DNA of 50,944 bases, taken from positions 1-50,944 of the forward strand of contig DYMH01000005.1 in NCBI GenBank assembly GCA_020721645.1. The letters are read 5' to 3'. Made by a program: the position numbers and the translations under genes. A model generated the notes under the pieces. It was not told the DNA's origin, made no database searches, and saw nothing but the letters and a program-made list of their open reading frames with translations. The DNA is from Draconibacterium orientale. GTDB taxonomy: Bacteria > Bacteroidota > Bacteroidia > Bacteroidales > JAADGE01. Of the stretch, positions 32,258 to 42,109 are shown piece after piece. How positions within the stretch are numbered: position 1 is the first letter of the stretch; every line of letters starts with the position of its first letter.

Positions 32258-33748
32258 ATGTCGAAACTAACTCAAAGAAAATCTGTTGAATTACTCCTCG
32301 AAGAAAGCCGCGAAACAAACACCGGCATGAAACGAACTTTGACCGCATGGGCTCTTATTGCCCTTGGTATCGGAGCAATTATCGGTGCTGGATTATTTGT
32401 AAGAACAGCTGCTGCGGCTGCCAATAATGCCGGTCCGGCAGTAACTTTGGGATTTGTAGTCGCCGGAATTGGGTGTGCACTTGCAGGTTTGAGCTATGCC
32501 GAACTCTCCTCCATGATACCCATTTCGGGCAGTGCCTACACATATTCGTATGCAACCATGGGTGAATTGGTTGCATGGATAATCGGTTGGGATTTGGTTT
32601 TGGAATATGCACTCGGAGCCGCCACGGTGAGTATTGCATGGAGCGAATATCTCAATAAATTGCTCGAATATATCGGAATGCGTATCCCCTTTGCTTGGAG
32701 CCATTCGCCTTTTGAGACCTTTACCGATGCCTCGGGAGTCGTCTCTCACGGCATTATGAACATACCCGCTTTTATTATTGTTGCCGCATTAAGTTTATTG
32801 CTGATAAAAGGCTCTCGTGAATCATCGATGGTTAATTCAATCATCGTTATCACAAAAATAGCCATCGTTATTCTGTTTATAGTTATTGGCTGGTCGTTTA
32901 TTAATCCGGCAAACCATACACCATTCATTCCGGCACCTCAAATTTATACCGATACACAGGGAATACCTCATAATTATGGCGGAATCTTGGGCGTTTTGGG
33001 GGCTGCCGGAGTTGTATTTTTTGCATTTATCGGTTTCGATGCCGTTTCTACAGCCGCTCAGGAAACAAAAAATCCAAAGAAAGCCATGCCTATTGGCATT
33101 CTCGGTTCTTTGGCGATATGTACGATATTGTACATTCTATTTGCTTATGTTCTCACAGGTGTTGCCACAGTCGATGATTTTCGCCATGCAGGAAAAGAGG
33201 CTTCGGTGGTTTATGCCATTCAAACTTACATGACGGGGTTCGATTGGCTGGCAAAATTGGTAACCGTTGCGATACTTGCCGGATTTTCATCGGTAATATT
33301 AGTGATGCTCTACGGGCAATCCCGTGTATTTTATTCCATGAGCCGTGATGGTTTGGTGCCTAAAATTTTTTCAGATTTACATCATAAATTCCGAACACCC
33401 TATAAATCGAATATTTTGTTTATGATATTTGTTGGAGTGTTTGCGTCTTTTGTTCCCGGTGATATTGTGGGTGATATGACAAGTATCGGTACCCTGTTTG
33501 CATTTATCTTGGTGTCGGTGGGTGTTATTATCATGAGGAAAACACACCCGAATATTCCCCGTCAATTTAAAACACCTTTTGTTCCGGTGGTTCCGATATT
33601 GGGAATAATAACCTGCGGTGCCTTGATATACGGTTTGGGGTGGGCAAATTGGAGCCGTTTGCTGGTTTGGTTGGCAATCGGATTGTTTATCTATTTTGCA
33701 TACAGCATCAAAAAAAGCAAATTAAGAGACGAAAATCAAGAAAAATAG
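32258..33748 (+). CDS. APC-superfamily amino-acid permease
   Basis: About 12 TM helices and an N-terminal motif typical of the CAT/YhdG family (ALIALGIGAIIGAGLF). Confidence 0.8.
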   Translation: MSKLTQRKSVELLLEESRETNTGMKRTLTAWALIALGIGAIIGAGLFVRTAAAAANNAGPAVTLGFVVAGIGCALAGLSYAELSSMIPISGSAYTYSYATMGELVAWIIGWDLVLEYALGAATVSIAWSEYLNKLLEYIGMRIPFAWSHSPFETFTDASGVVSHGIMNIPAFIIVAALSLLLIKGSRESSMVNSIIVITKIAIVILFIVIGWSFINPANHTPFIPAPQIYTDTQGIPHNYGGILGVLGAAGVVFFAFIGFDAVSTAAQETKNPKKAMPIGILGSLAICTILYILFAYVLTGVATVDDFRHAGKEASVVYAIQTYMTGFDWLAKLVTVAILAGFSSVILVMLYGQSRVFYSMSRDGLVPKIFSDLHHKFRTPYKSNILFMIFVGVFASFVPGDIVGDMTSIGTLFAFILVSVGVIIMRKTHPNIPRQFKTPFVPVVPILGIITCGALIYGLGWANWSRLLVWLAIGLFIYFAYSIKKSKLRDENQEK

Positions 33749-33763
33749 TTTTCGAAATTTACA

Positions 33764-36700
33764 TTAGACGAATCTTAAACCAACAACCGTTATATCATCG
33801 CGTTGTTCTTCGCTTATTTGAAAGTCGGACAATGCTTTTTCGATTCCGTTGAGTTGCTCTTTCATCGGGAGTTCGGCGTGTTTATTTATTAATTCTGTAA
33901 ATTTATCGAAACCGAATTTTTCGCGTTCTTTGTTGTTTTGGTCGGCAAATCCGTCGCTGCTAAGGTAGAGAATATCGTTTTGGGCAGCTTCAAATTCTAA
34001 ATCCGAAAAAACAAGCTCTTTGTTTCGTGACAGAAATCCGCCGATATGTTTTCGACTGCCTTTGAGTCGTTCTAATGTTTTTGTTTCCGATTTATAGTAT
34101 AATAAACTGATTTTTGCTCCCGAAAAGACAATTTTATACAAATTTTCGGTATTTTTCTCGATTCTGCAAAGAGCAATATCCATTCCATCGTTATTATCGC
34201 CGGTTTCTTGATTGAGCGATAACCGAACACCTTGGTCGAGGGCTACCAAAATTTGCGAGGGTTGATAAATGTGTTCGTCTTTCACAATTTCGTTTAGTAA
34301 CCTACTGCCTATCAGCGACATAAATGCACCGGGGACACCATGCCCCGTGCAATCGACTGTGGCAAAAAACAGATATTCTTTCCCTTTTTCATACTCCGAT
34401 TTAAAAAACCAATAGAAATCGCCTGAAACGATATTTCGGGGTTTGTACAAAATAAAATTCTCGAAATAGGAATCGAGTTGTTTTTTTTGTGGAAGTATCG
34501 ACTGTTGAATGGTTTTAGCATATTTTATACTGCCCATTATCAGTTCGTTCTGCATTCGGACTGTTTCGTTTTGTTCGCCGAGTTGAACAATAATTTCAGC
34601 TAGAGCATCAGACTGGCTTTGTATTTCTTCTTTTTGCACTTCAAGTTCTTCATTTTTTTGTTCTATTTCTTGGGTACGTTCTTTTACCAATTGTTCAAGA
34701 TGTATTTTTTGTGCTTTGATTCGGTTTATCCTGCTTTTCAGAAACGAATAGATTAAACCCACCACACCTACGAACACCAAGATACGAAACCACCATTCTG
34801 CCCAAAAAGGAGGCTTTACGATAATATCAATTTCTGTCCCCAGTAAATTCCATACCCCATCACTGTTCGAGCCTTTCACCTTAAAAATATAATGACCTGG
34901 GTCGAGATTGGTGTAAGTCGCCGTTCTGTTTTTTGCATCGGTATAAATCCAATCCTTGTTGAACCCCTCCAATTTATAAGCGTATTTGTTGTTTTCGGGT
35001 ACGCTGAAATGAAGAGCCGAAAATTCAAAAGAAATAACTTTATCGTTAAAATTGAGTATAATTTTTTTTGTTTCTGTGATACTTTGTTTTAAAAGCGAAT
35101 TATAGCCAATTTTAATTGAGGTATTGAACATTTTGAAATCGGTTATCACAACCGGCGGAAAATATGCATTATCTTGGATATTTGCAGGATAAAACGCATT
35201 GAGACCGTTGATTCCTCCGAAAAACAGCTCGCCCGAAGACGATTTGCAGGCTGCTCCCCAAAAAAATTCGTTGCTTTGCAAGCCGTCACTTTCATCGTAG
35301 TTTGTAAATTTTTCGGTTTTGACTTCAAATTTCGACAAGCCTTTGTTGGTACTCAGCCACAAATTGCCGTTATTTTCATCGAAAACTGCATAAACCACAT
35401 TGTTCGACAAACCATTGCTTTGTGTATAGTGTTTGAAAATATGTTTATTATTTTGAATTTCAATTTTATTCAAGCCACTGCCGAATGTTCCTGCCCAAAT
35501 GACATTATTTTTGTCGATATACAGTGAAATGATGCGGTTGTCGTTCAAACTTGCCGAATCTTTTTCGTTGTGTGTAAACAATTTAGATTGATAATTTCCA
35601 TTATCGGTTTTATATATTTTGTGCAGTCCGCCCCACGAACCAACCCATATATTTCCTTGCCTGTCTTCTTGCATCGCCCCTTGAATATTTCCTTTCTCGG
35701 TGTTCGGAAAATTGATAATGTGCAAAAATGTGTTTGATTTTTTATCGAAAACATCAACACCGCCTGCTGTTCCAATCCAGATTTTGTGGTCGGAACTTTC
35801 AAATATTTTTTGTATCGTATTGCTGATGAGTCCCGAATTTGATTGTATTAAATGCTCAAATTGAACGATTTTTGTTTTATCGGTTTCCGAAAAAATTGCT
35901 TTCTGAATACCACCGTTCCAAGTTCCAATCCACAAAATGCCTTCACTGTCGCGAAGAATTGATGAAACGGTATTGTCGTAGAGTGTTTTTTCATCGTAAG
36001 GAATTTTTTGGTAGCGGTCTATTTTGTTGGTTTTTCGGTCGAATCGAACCAAACCGCCTTCCACATAGCCAATCCACACAATATCATTGCTTTCGGCAAA
36101 AACAGAACGAATTGTTTTATCAGGCAACGAGTTGTTGCTGAGTGAATTGCTGTATTTGTAGAGTTTAAATTTTTTCGATAAAATATCGAATTTATTCACA
36201 CCGCGTTCCCATGTGCCAATCCAAATAATTCCTGCCGCATCTTTGTACAGTGAAGCTATGTTGTTGTGACTTAGACTTTTTGTATCGAAACTGTTGTGCT
36301 GATAGGTGTAAAACGTTGTTGTTCTTGGGTCGAAAAGGCTTACGCCATCGCTGGTTCCAATCCACACAAATCCCTGAGAATCTTCCATTATTTTTAGTAC
36401 CACATTATTGCACAATCCGTTTGGTTGATTTGCATGATAGGCGTATTTTTTAAATGTTTGGGTTTTCGGTTCAAAAATGTTAAGTCCTTCGCGGCTTCCA
36501 ACCCAAATTTGCCCGCGACTGTCTTCATAAACACAGGGCAAAAAATCGTTCGATAAACTGTTATTATCTTTTGGGTTGTGTTTGAAATGTGTAAATTTTT
36601 CGCTACTCGGATCGAACATGTCTAATCCGCCATTTGTGGCTAACCACAACATTCCTTTTTTATCGATAACAATATCGTTTACTTCGTTTTGACACAAACT

Positions 36701-37243
36701 GTTTTCATTATTTCGGTTATGTTGATAGGATTTGAATGTTTTGTTTTTTTTATCGAATCTGTTCAGTCCTCCGCCTTCGGTTCCAATCCACAGAATGCCG
36801 TGTTTATCTTCGGCAATGCAGCGAATGCTATTGTTACTCAGGCTATTGATGCTGTTTGGCTCGTGGATAAAGCGGGAAAAAGTTTCGGAATTGCGATGAA
36901 ACAGATTTAAACCGTTGCCAAATGTACCTACAACCAATACCGAATCCTTGGTTTCATAAATCGCTTTGATGATGTTGCCCGAAATGGACAAACTGTCGTT
37001 TTTAGAGTTTTTATAGATTTTAAAATTATAACCGTCGAAACGGTTCAGCCCATCGTGCGTGCCGAGCCAAATAAATCCTTTGTGGTCCTGACAAATTGCA
37101 AATACGGAGCTTTGCGACAAGCCTTGTTCTATGGAAATATGTTCAAATTGAACATTAAAATCTTGTGCTTTTACATTTTGCCGGAACAAAAAAAAATGAA
37201 AAATAATGCTGATAAAAATTAAAAATTTCAATTTTTGGAACAT
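33764..37243 (-). CDS. Sensor phosphatase: signal peptide, periplasmic two-component-regulator beta-propeller repeats with Y_Y_Y domain, one TM helix, coiled coil, and a C-terminal PP2C/SpoIIE Ser phosphatase. Start chosen at the signal-peptide Met; the track ORF extends to 37333.
   Basis: More than 12 Reg_prop-like repeats (...WIGT..GL..FD...). Y_Y_Y motif GHYIFKVKGSNSDGVW. TM WWFRILVFVGVVGLIYSFL. PP2C motifs SGDFYWFF, DCTGHGVPGAFMS and SSDGFADQ. Confidence 0.85.
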   Translation of the reverse strand: MFQKLKFLIFISIIFHFFLFRQNVKAQDFNVQFEHISIEQGLSQSSVFAICQDHKGFIWLGTHDGLNRFDGYNFKIYKNSKNDSLSISGNIIKAIYETKDSVLVVGTFGNGLNLFHRNSETFSRFIHEPNSINSLSNNSIRCIAEDKHGILWIGTEGGGLNRFDKKNKTFKSYQHNRNNENSLCQNEVNDIVIDKKGMLWLATNGGLDMFDPSSEKFTHFKHNPKDNNSLSNDFLPCVYEDSRGQIWVGSREGLNIFEPKTQTFKKYAYHANQPNGLCNNVVLKIMEDSQGFVWIGTSDGVSLFDPRTTTFYTYQHNSFDTKSLSHNNIASLYKDAAGIIWIGTWERGVNKFDILSKKFKLYKYSNSLSNNSLPDKTIRSVFAESNDIVWIGYVEGGLVRFDRKTNKIDRYQKIPYDEKTLYDNTVSSILRDSEGILWIGTWNGGIQKAIFSETDKTKIVQFEHLIQSNSGLISNTIQKIFESSDHKIWIGTAGGVDVFDKKSNTFLHIINFPNTEKGNIQGAMQEDRQGNIWVGSWGGLHKIYKTDNGNYQSKLFTHNEKDSASLNDNRIISLYIDKNNVIWAGTFGSGLNKIEIQNNKHIFKHYTQSNGLSNNVVYAVFDENNGNLWLSTNKGLSKFEVKTEKFTNYDESDGLQSNEFFWGAACKSSSGELFFGGINGLNAFYPANIQDNAYFPPVVITDFKMFNTSIKIGYNSLLKQSITETKKIILNFNDKVISFEFSALHFSVPENNKYAYKLEGFNKDWIYTDAKNRTATYTNLDPGHYIFKVKGSNSDGVWNLLGTEIDIIVKPPFWAEWWFRILVFVGVVGLIYSFLKSRINRIKAQKIHLEQLVKERTQEIEQKNEELEVQKEEIQSQSDALAEIIVQLGEQNETVRMQNELIMGSIKYAKTIQQSILPQKKQLDSYFENFILYKPRNIVSGDFYWFFKSEYEKGKEYLFFATVDCTGHGVPGAFMSLIGSRLLNEIVKDEHIYQPSQILVALDQGVRLSLNQETGDNNDGMDIALCRIEKNTENLYKIVFSGAKISLLYYKSETKTLERLKGSRKHIGGFLSRNKELVFSDLEFEAAQNDILYLSSDGFADQNNKEREKFGFDKFTELINKHAELPMKEQLNGIEKALSDFQISEEQRDDITVVGLRFV

Positions 37244-37559
37244 AAGCTTCGTATTTGGATTTTTTAGAGTAATCGCAACCTGTTTGAACAGAGAGTAAAA
37301 TCCTTCGCAAACGTTTGAATTGTATCCTATCAAAAAAAAGATATTTACAAAGGGTTTATCGTAAATTTACTTTTATTTTTTAAAGATAAAAATTATCTTA
37401 ACAATAAATTAATATGTTTATTATGAAATGGTAATATTTTCAATTGAATCATGACGAATTCATATTTCTCGTGCAATTCAAAATATATATTTATTAAACA
37501 ATATTTATTTTTTTTGATACGATATTTTTGTGCAATTTTGTGATATAACTTAAAAGAAT

Positions 37560-38642
37560 ATGTTTGCATTTTACGAAAATTTTGAAAAAGAAAACATCAA
37601 GATTGCTTATTTTGGAAGATTTACCAATAATATAAGTACAATGTTGATAGAATTGCTTGAAAGCTATGAATTATCCGAAAATCAGCAGGGTAAATTTTCA
37701 AATGCAGTTTCTACATTTATTATCGATTCGTTTCGTAATGTTGATATACAATACAATCCTTGGGATTTTGAATCGGAAGATTTTATAAATCAAAAAGACT
37801 ATTTACAACTCAATATTCTCAAAGATCGTATTATGGTTTCTTCGGCTAATGTAATCGAAAAAAAATATGTACAACTTTTTGACGATGAAATTAATTATCT
37901 GAACCTGATGGACAGTGTGGAATCGAAACTTCAATATCACGGTGCTTTATCCAAAACACGAATATCGGCAGGTGCGAGTTTGGCGATGGTTGAAATGTTA
38001 AGAAAATCGAATCATACCTTACAAAAAATGTTTGTTCCGATAAATGAAAAATATTCTCGCATGTTTTTGAGTTTGGAGGTTTTTAACAATAGAAATTCAA
38101 TTGTGCGGGAAGGCGGAATTTTCGAAATTGAACGAAATTACAAATTGCTGACAGAGCGAAATACATTGATATTTTACAAAGGAGATTTTTCGACCGAATC
38201 CAATGCCAATTTGGTGGAACTGGTGCATGACAATTTGATTGACGGAAATTCAATGTCTTCGGGAAATATCAAAAATATGATTACTGTTATCGAAATCATT
38301 CAAAATGTTACAAAACACGGTAAGTCTGTCGATGGGCACAAACCCGGAATATTCACTCTTTTTGAAACAAACAAAGAACGTTTTCTCGAATGCAGTAATT
38401 ACATTGATTTGGAGCATTATGAAACATTTAAAAACTATATCGAAAAATTAAAATCGAGTAGCAACGAAGAAATTCAAAAATATTACAAAAAGAAACTGTA
38501 CAATACCGAAATCTCCGAACTTGGAAACAGCGGCATTGGTTTGCTCGAAATTGCAATGTTTACACGAAATAATTTTTCTTTCACATTTACAGAAACTTCC
38601 GAAAAGGAAATATTTTACACTCTAATAATTAAAACAGCCTAA
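37560..38642 (+). CDS. GHKL-type ATPase/kinase-like protein (SiaB/RsbW-like C-terminal domain) with an about-220-aa N-terminal domain of unknown function
   Basis: N-box EIIQNVTKHG and G2-box GNSGIGLLEI in the C-terminal third. Divergent from the PP2C sensor. Followed within 3 bp by a DUF1987-like gene. Confidence 0.55.
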   Translation: MFAFYENFEKENIKIAYFGRFTNNISTMLIELLESYELSENQQGKFSNAVSTFIIDSFRNVDIQYNPWDFESEDFINQKDYLQLNILKDRIMVSSANVIEKKYVQLFDDEINYLNLMDSVESKLQYHGALSKTRISAGASLAMVEMLRKSNHTLQKMFVPINEKYSRMFLSLEVFNNRNSIVREGGIFEIERNYKLLTERNTLIFYKGDFSTESNANLVELVHDNLIDGNSMSSGNIKNMITVIEIIQNVTKHGKSVDGHKPGIFTLFETNKERFLECSNYIDLEHYETFKNYIEKLKSSSNEEIQKYYKKKLYNTEISELGNSGIGLLEIAMFTRNNFSFTFTETSEKEIFYTLIIKTA

Positions 38643-38644
38643 AT

Positions 38645-39010
38645 ATGGACACCATAGTTATAAACAAAACACAAGAAACGCCATTAATAAAACTGAACGG
38701 AGATGAAGGTATTTTTTCGATTTCCGGCATATCATATCCCGAAAATGTTGTTGCATATTATAAACCCGTTTTTGATTATATCGAACTTTATAAAACGGCA
38801 CCAAAGCAGAAAACAATACTCGAATTTAATTGGATGTATTTCAACACCGGGACTTCAAAAGCTATTGTTAGAATGATATTTGCCTTAAAAGATGTGAGCC
38901 CGGAATTTGAAGTAAAATGGTTTTGCCAAGATGATGTTGATATTATGATTGAAAAAGGTCTCGAACTCAAAGAAATGCTTAATATTAACTTAACAATTGT
39001 TTACGTTTAA
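38645..39010 (+). CDS. DUF1987/SiaC-like small protein, a putative phospho-substrate of the adjacent kinase and phosphatase
   Basis: 121 aa. Size, secondary-structure pattern and genomic context (tight coupling to a GHKL kinase, adjacent to a PP2C) match the SiaC family. Assigned from memory of the family, not by search. Confidence 0.5.
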   Translation: MDTIVINKTQETPLIKLNGDEGIFSISGISYPENVVAYYKPVFDYIELYKTAPKQKTILEFNWMYFNTGTSKAIVRMIFALKDVSPEFEVKWFCQDDVDIMIEKGLELKEMLNINLTIVYV

Positions 39011-39198
39011 CATTTTAACGCCTTAATTTCGGATTGTTTCTTTAATTTACGGAACGATTCCCCAAAATGATATATCCACAAAAAATGGAGTAAAAATATG
39101 ATTTTGCTGAAAATCCTTTTGGGTGTTTTTTGATTAAAATATTCAGTATTTAAGTTGTTGATATATAGATGTATAATTAGAACAAATCGCTTTGTTTT

Positions 39199-40356
39199 AT
39201 GCCTTTTTTAAAACTAAAACCATTTTTTAGAGTATTTTTTTTCATTTTAAGTCTTGTTCTTGCGACAAGTCTTTTCGATGTACATGCCCAAGTGTCGGTG
39301 TATGTTATCTCACGATTCGACACAATCATTGTACCTGAATATCATTTTGAATTTAAAAAAAACGAGAAATATGTATTCGTGCAGATGAGTTTTGGAAGTT
39401 CGACAATTAAAAATTCAGAAGAGATTTTAAAATTAAAACAACAAACGATTAAGAAAATAAGCTTACTCTGTACAGATTATCCCAATCGCCTCATTTCGGA
39501 AGAACTCAACAAAAAACGATTGCTCGAGCTTTATTTAATTGCACCTCAACTTTTTAACAACAACACCGTCAAATGGGAAATCGTAAGGCAAACCGGTGCC
39601 GATTCCAAAAATTGCTATAATTTTCGGCATGGTTTTGTTATCACCTACGAATCGAACAGAACCTTATCCTACGGCGAAACTGCACGACAGTATTTTCGTC
39701 GGATTTTGACCCATAAAAGCCGATTGGAAGATTCCACTATAATTAAAGTTTTAGAACGCCACTCCGACTGGGATAATATGTTGATAGTGTGCGATATAAC
39801 TCAAAGTATGTCGCCCTTTATTGCCGAAATTTTATTGTGGTATAATTTGAATTTCGAGCAAAAGAAAAATCAAACTTTTGTATTTTTTAACGACGGAGAC
39901 AAACAAGCCGACTCGAAAAAACGTATCGGGCAAACCGGCGGAATTTATTACTGTAATAAACAAAATATCGATTCGATACTCAATACTGCCGTGCAAACCA
40001 TGGAAAAAGGCACCGGAGGCGATGGTCCCGAAAATGATGTCGAAGCCTTGCTTTTTGCCATGAACAAATTTCCCGAAAAACAAAATGTCGTTCTCATAGC
40101 CGATAATTTATCGACCATGCGAGATTACAGCCTAATCAAACAAATAAATAAACCCGTAAAAATAATCCTTTGCGGACTGACAGACCGAATCAATGCCGAA
40201 TACCTTGATATGGCTTATCAAACCGGCGGGGAGGTATATACAATAGAAAGCGACATTGTGGGTTTGATTAAATATAAAGAAGGCGAAATTGTTAGAATTG
40301 GACAACAAAATTATAAAATAATTAACGGGCGATTTATTTTGACAGAATCGCCATAA
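39199..40356 (+). CDS. Secreted protein with C-terminal vWA-like domain
   Basis: Signal peptide. MIDAS-like DITQSMS. Beta-strand hydrophobic runs (VVLIADN) consistent with a vWA fold. Confidence 0.45.
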   Translation: MPFLKLKPFFRVFFFILSLVLATSLFDVHAQVSVYVISRFDTIIVPEYHFEFKKNEKYVFVQMSFGSSTIKNSEEILKLKQQTIKKISLLCTDYPNRLISEELNKKRLLELYLIAPQLFNNNTVKWEIVRQTGADSKNCYNFRHGFVITYESNRTLSYGETARQYFRRILTHKSRLEDSTIIKVLERHSDWDNMLIVCDITQSMSPFIAEILLWYNLNFEQKKNQTFVFFNDGDKQADSKKRIGQTGGIYYCNKQNIDSILNTAVQTMEKGTGGDGPENDVEALLFAMNKFPEKQNVVLIADNLSTMRDYSLIKQINKPVKIILCGLTDRINAEYLDMAYQTGGEVYTIESDIVGLIKYKEGEIVRIGQQNYKIINGRFILTESP

Positions 40357-40514
40357 TATTTTTTTGAAAAAACTTATAAATATGACTCGCTCATTTATTT
40401 AAAATTTCAAAGAATATCAGATTTTCAAAGTCAATTATTTTTTGTAAAGAAATAATCTAATAATTTCGATAAAAATATTAATTTTGAAATTCAATTCACT
40501 AAAATAACAACAAC

Positions 40515-41126
40515 ATGAAAAAACTATTTCTTATTTTATCTGTATTCTTGATTGTCTATTCAGCCACTGCCCAAAAAATCGGCTTAAAAATTGGCTTAAA
40601 TATGGCAACTATCAAAAGCGATCAGCCTAATTTCGATGAATACAAAAAAAGTCTTATCGGCGTGAACGGCGGATTGGTATTAGAAAAAAAAGTTGTGCCT
40701 TATCTCTCACTTCAAGGCGAAGTCTTGTTTTCGCAGAAAGGATTTTATAGCAAAGAAGATGAAGGAAATTATGAGAAAACGATTGTCAATTATCTTGAAG
40801 TTCCGCTTTCGGTAAAAATAAAAGTTGGACCAACACCCTTGTTTTTCTTAGCAGGTCCGTATTTCGGCTATGCCATGAACGGAAAAATAAAATCGAAACA
40901 AACAGTTTTAGGCGTATCCACAGAAAGTGATGATGACATCAATTGGGACACATACAAAATGAAACGCTTCGATTTGGGAATCAATGCCGGTTTGGGAATG
41001 AAATTCGGTCCCATATTTATCGAAGGTCGTTATGGCTTAGGTTTAACAGATTTGAACGATGATTCCAACGAATCGTACTATTACAAAAACAGTGTTTTTG
41101 GCGTTTCGGTAGGTGTTATTTTCTAA
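40515..41126 (+). CDS. Small outer-membrane beta-barrel protein (OmpA-N/porin-like family)
   Basis: Signal peptide, alternating amphipathic beta-strands, C-terminal ...GVSVGVIF. Confidence 0.7.
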   Translation: MKKLFLILSVFLIVYSATAQKIGLKIGLNMATIKSDQPNFDEYKKSLIGVNGGLVLEKKVVPYLSLQGEVLFSQKGFYSKEDEGNYEKTIVNYLEVPLSVKIKVGPTPLFFLAGPYFGYAMNGKIKSKQTVLGVSTESDDDINWDTYKMKRFDLGINAGLGMKFGPIFIEGRYGLGLTDLNDDSNESYYYKNSVFGVSVGVIF

Positions 41127-41145
41127 TTTACGAACCAAAAATATA

Positions 41146-41182
41146 AAAATCCGCAAATCGAAAAGTTTGCGGATTTTTTTTG
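41146..41182 (+). terminator. Intrinsic terminator
   Basis: aaatccgcaaa-N8-tttgcggattt hairpin followed by a T-run. Confidence 0.7.
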
Positions 41183-41217
41183 TTAAAGTATCGTGCAAAA
41201 AATCCTATCTAAGGGAC

Positions 41218-41362
41218 TGTAACGAAATATGCTATTCATTTCGCTAAATCGTTCGGCTAAGGCTCTGCCTTAGTCGAATATTTTAAAAGAGGCTTGCCTC
41301 GAATAAATACAATCAAAACAAAGCGAATTTGTTTTTAAAAATATCCATGTTATTTCGTTACA
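41218..41362. repeat. MITE-like element, family 2, copy 1 (145 bp)
   Basis: 12-13-bp terminal inverted repeats (tgtaacgaaatat / atatttcgttaca). Central hairpin ttcggctaagg-ctctg-ccttagtcgaa. Near-identical inverted copy at 46916-47066. Confidence 0.75.
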
Positions 41363-41427
41363 AATCCTAAGAGTTTAAAAAATGAATAAAAATTATGGTG
41401 CTATTCCGAAATACTGTGATAATTTTT

Positions 41428-41566
41428 AACTATCGCCGGCTTTTAAGCCGGTGTCATACAAACTATTAGACGGCTTTAGCCACCAATTTTATAACATTAT
41501 AAAAAATGAAAGGCTAAAGCCAAATGACGTTTTTAATTTACACCGGCTTAAAAGCCGGCGATAGTG
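41428..41566. repeat. MITE-like palindromic element, family 3 (139 bp) with perfect 25-bp TIRs
   Basis: Left end ctatcgccggcttttaagccggtgt and right end acaccggcttaaaagccggcgatag are perfect reverse complements. Each arm is itself palindromic (ccggcttttaagccgg). An inner inverted pair ggctttagcc/ggctaaagcc is also present. Confidence 0.7.
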
Positions 41567-41640
41567 AATTTATTAATTTGTTAAATATCAATTATTTGTC
41601 ACAAAGATATTAATCACAATATTACGGAATAGCATATAAA

Positions 41641-41794
41641 TTGAATAAAAATCCCCCCAGCCCCCCCAGCCTCCCTTTGGTAAGGAGGAGTTTGCAACAT
41701 ACATTTAATTAACAAATTAGCTGTAATAAAAAACATTATTTTATCAATCTAAATTTTTAGGGGACTTTGCGGATAAGCATTATTTATTGTTATT
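41641..41794. repeat. Intergenic repeat element, family 1, copy B (inverted relative to 8813-8955)
   Basis: The reverse complement aligns to 8813-8955 along its length. It carries an extra ccccccagcccccccagcc expansion where copy A has accgggggta. Confidence 0.7.
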
Positions 41795-41949
41795 ACCTTA
41801 TCAACACCAACATATCAAAATACAAAAATGGTTTATGTTTTAAACTAAGAAACACATTAAAATAAAGACTCGAAACGAATTTTTGTTCAATAGATAAACA
41901 AAAAATTCGCCGAGTCTTTATTTTGATAAATTTTAAATCTATGTCATTT

Positions 41950-42085
41950 TGTAAAGAAATGTATTTGCTGTTCGGCTTAGGCTCTGCCTAAGTCGAAGTT
42001 ATTATGACAGGCTCTGTCTGTCTGTAGAAGCAAGGGAGAGCCTTGCAAAATAAGCCCGACTGGAACAGAGCCTCAGCCGAACACA
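41950..42085. repeat. Degenerate family-2-like element (left TIR-like end plus central hairpin with compensatory changes)
   Basis: tgtaaagaaatgta resembles the family-2 TIR. The hairpin ttcggcttagg-ctctg-cctaagtcgaa keeps base pairing through a double compensatory swap. A partial inverted copy (cagagcctcagccgaac) lies further right. Confidence 0.5.
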
Positions 42086-42109
42086 TGCTTAACTCAACGA
42101 CATTGAATA

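Noticed and set aside
32886-33233. 115-aa + strand ORF overlapping the amino-acid permease in another frame
   Set aside because: It is fully internal to a 12-TM permease CDS with strong coding signal and has no independent support.
35174-36141. Several + strand ORFs (100-117 aa) opposite the PP2C sensor gene
   Set aside because: They are antisense to the beta-propeller repeat region and the translations are Phe/Cys-rich junk.
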